In this document: positions 62,623-64,000 of the stretch, piece by piece
How positions within the stretch are numbered: the stretch's first letter is position 1
Layout: each line of letters opens with the position of its first letter
NCBI GenBank assembly: GCA_900314825.1
Contig: OMWS01000038.1
Span: forward strand, 1,200 to 65,199
Length of the DNA stretch: 64,000 nt
Direction of reading: 5' to 3'
Origin: an uncultured Veillonellaceae bacterium
GTDB taxonomy: Bacteria; Bacillota; Negativicutes; Selenomonadales; Selenomonadaceae
Translations under genes and position numbers: made by a program
The notes under the pieces: model-generated
Seen by the model: the letters and a program-made list of their open reading frames with translations, nothing else
The model's database searches: none
Told to the model about the DNA's origin: nothing

Positions 62623-62918
62623 AGTGAGGGCCGCCGCGTTGACGGATATTTTCAAAAAACTTTACGAGAACAATTATCCCATCGAAAAGATACGATTGGT
62701 AGACGAATATGATGCGGATGACGAAAAATCTATGCGCGATAATAATTCTTCGTGCTTTAATGGGGCGGCGACTGGGAAGACCGCAAAGACTATCAGCATT
62801 TTGAAATTCCAACGTCGTTGGTGGATATTTTGTATCCCGACAACAAATAATAAGCGGGACGATTTACGGCGAAAATGTGAAGAAGAATTAGGTACTACAA
62901 TAGAGAGGTATTATAACG

Positions 62919-63707
62919 ATGAGAAAAATAGAGCGGTTCTTGGCGACCTTGTGCTTGGCGGCGGTTATGCTCTTGCCGGTGGGCATTGCCTCTGCGGGAC
63001 ATTTGGAAGATATATTGGCGAGGGGGACAATCCGCATTGGTACGACGGGCGACTACATCCCCATGTCGTACCTCAATCCCCAAACGGGAGAGTATGAGGG
63101 AATTGATGCGGAGCTGTCAAAACTCATCGCCGCTTCCTTGGGCGTGAAAATCGAATATGTGCCGACCACCTGGCCGACCCTCACCGCCGATACACTTGCC
63201 GGAAAATTCGACATTGCCCTTTGCGGCATATCGCGCAATTATGCCCGGGCAAAGACGATGGCCATGTCCGATGCCTACGGCGAAGGAATTTTCGGCAAAA
63301 CAATCCTTTGCCGCAAGACCGATGCCAAAAAGTTCAAAACCATAAGCGACTTGAACCGCCCCGAAGTCCGCATTATGATAAACCCCGGCGGCACCAACGA
63401 GAAATTCGCCCGCGCCAATCTGACAAAGGCAAAGCTCATTGTGCATAATGAAAATGCCGATATTCCAAGGCAGATTGCCGAGGGCAAGGCTGACATCATG
63501 ATTACGGAAACGGTGGAGGCGGCTCAATACATAAGAAAGGACTCTCGCCTTGCCGCGCCGCTCATAAACGCCCCCTTTACCCGCCATTCCTGCGGCATTT
63601 TGATGGAAAAAGGTGATCAGGAATGGCTGAACTACATCAACTTCGTCCTGGCGGAACTCCGCATGGACGGCACGATGGCACAACTTGAGACGAAATATCT
63701 GAAATAA
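62919..63707 (+). CDS. periplasmic solute-binding protein, family 3 (amino-acid ABC type)
   Basis: Signal peptide MRKIERFLATLCLAAVMLLPVGIASA, then GTIRIGTTGDYIPMSYLN..GEYEGIDAELSKLIAASLGVKIEYVPTTW...DIALCGIS. Confidence 0.75.
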   Translation: MRKIERFLATLCLAAVMLLPVGIASAGHLEDILARGTIRIGTTGDYIPMSYLNPQTGEYEGIDAELSKLIAASLGVKIEYVPTTWPTLTADTLAGKFDIALCGISRNYARAKTMAMSDAYGEGIFGKTILCRKTDAKKFKTISDLNRPEVRIMINPGGTNEKFARANLTKAKLIVHNENADIPRQIAEGKADIMITETVEAAQYIRKDSRLAAPLINAPFTRHSCGILMEKGDQEWLNYINFVLAELRMDGTMAQLETKYLK

Positions 63708-63774
63708 CATAAGCCGGATGAAAACCAATGGAGCCGTTTTTTCGTGAATATAAAGTGTAAGGAACTGGGCAAAA

Positions 63775-63902
63775 ATAATCATTGCATAATGCGCAGGATA
63801 AATTCGCCACAGCGAGGCGAAGGAGCGAGACGTAGTGGTGCTACGTCGAGCGACGACAACGAAGCTGTGGCGAATTTAGACAAGCAGAATGCATTGATTA
63901 TT
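63775..63902. repeat. ~128-bp compound palindromic element
   Basis: Outer arms AATAATCATTGCATAATGCG / CAGAATGCATTGATTATT. Middle arms AAATTCGCCACAGC (63800-63813) / GCTGTGGCGAATTT (63864-63877). Inner arms GACGTAG-tggtg-CTACGTC. Confidence 0.6.
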
Positions 63903-63930
63903 TGCGCACAGTTCCTAAGGGAGCGTTTAT

Positions 63931-64000
63931 TATGAAACACAAAAAAATTTGCGCCGCGTTGATGGCGGCGATGATCGGGATCGGCACCATGGCGGCATCT
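63931..64000 (+). CDS. start of a secreted/lipoprotein-like gene (3' end outside window)
   Basis: ATG after AAGGGAG. MKHKKICAALMAAMIGIGTMAAS is signal-peptide-like. Confidence 0.45.

Overview
The window has four blocks.

(1) 1-26.4 kb: a phage or phage-plasmid-like mobile element. It carries two SNF2 helicases, a Gam-like protein, a primase, HU, ParA/ParB, a DnaE-type polymerase, a lysin-like giant protein and a tail fibre. An IscB RNA-guided nuclease with an upstream structured RNA is inserted after the primase gene.

(2) 26.4-32.4 kb: an accessory junction. It holds a second IscB with a homologous upstream RNA, an Rpn/PD-(D/E)XK nuclease gene with a partial duplicate, and a TnpB-only IS200/IS605 element. 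The ends of that element can be read, and it appears to sit inside the start codon of a YbaK-like gene. There is also an AT-rich islet with a HEPN-like ORF and a truncated TolC-like gene.

(3) 33.0-62.1 kb: a very large RiPP supercluster, and the main candidate for a new system.
- Twelve small genes encode Nif11-like double-glycine leaders with hypervariable cores; one is frameshifted and one looks chimeric.
- There are four radical-SAM/SPASM maturases.
- An NHLM-type export trio is present: a HlyD-like protein, a C39-peptidase ABC transporter and a second ABC transporter.
- Regulators are an ECF-like sigma factor and an embedded STAS/kinase/PP2C partner-switching module.
- An uncharacterised roughly 340-aa protein family occurs four times: three tandem paralogs, plus one copy fused to a radical-SAM-like domain that has lost its CxxxCxxC motif but keeps SPASM cysteines. 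Its five-fold beta-hairpin pattern suggests an ABBA/PT-barrel-like fold (inference only).
- A perfect 100-bp direct repeat carrying a promoter-like motif brackets the distal 18 kb of the cluster.

(4) 62.3-64 kb: gene remnants, a solute-binding protein gene and a large palindromic element.

All calls come from reading the sequence and the ORF translations. No database search, HMM or RNA folding was run. Start codons and RNA boundaries are approximate.
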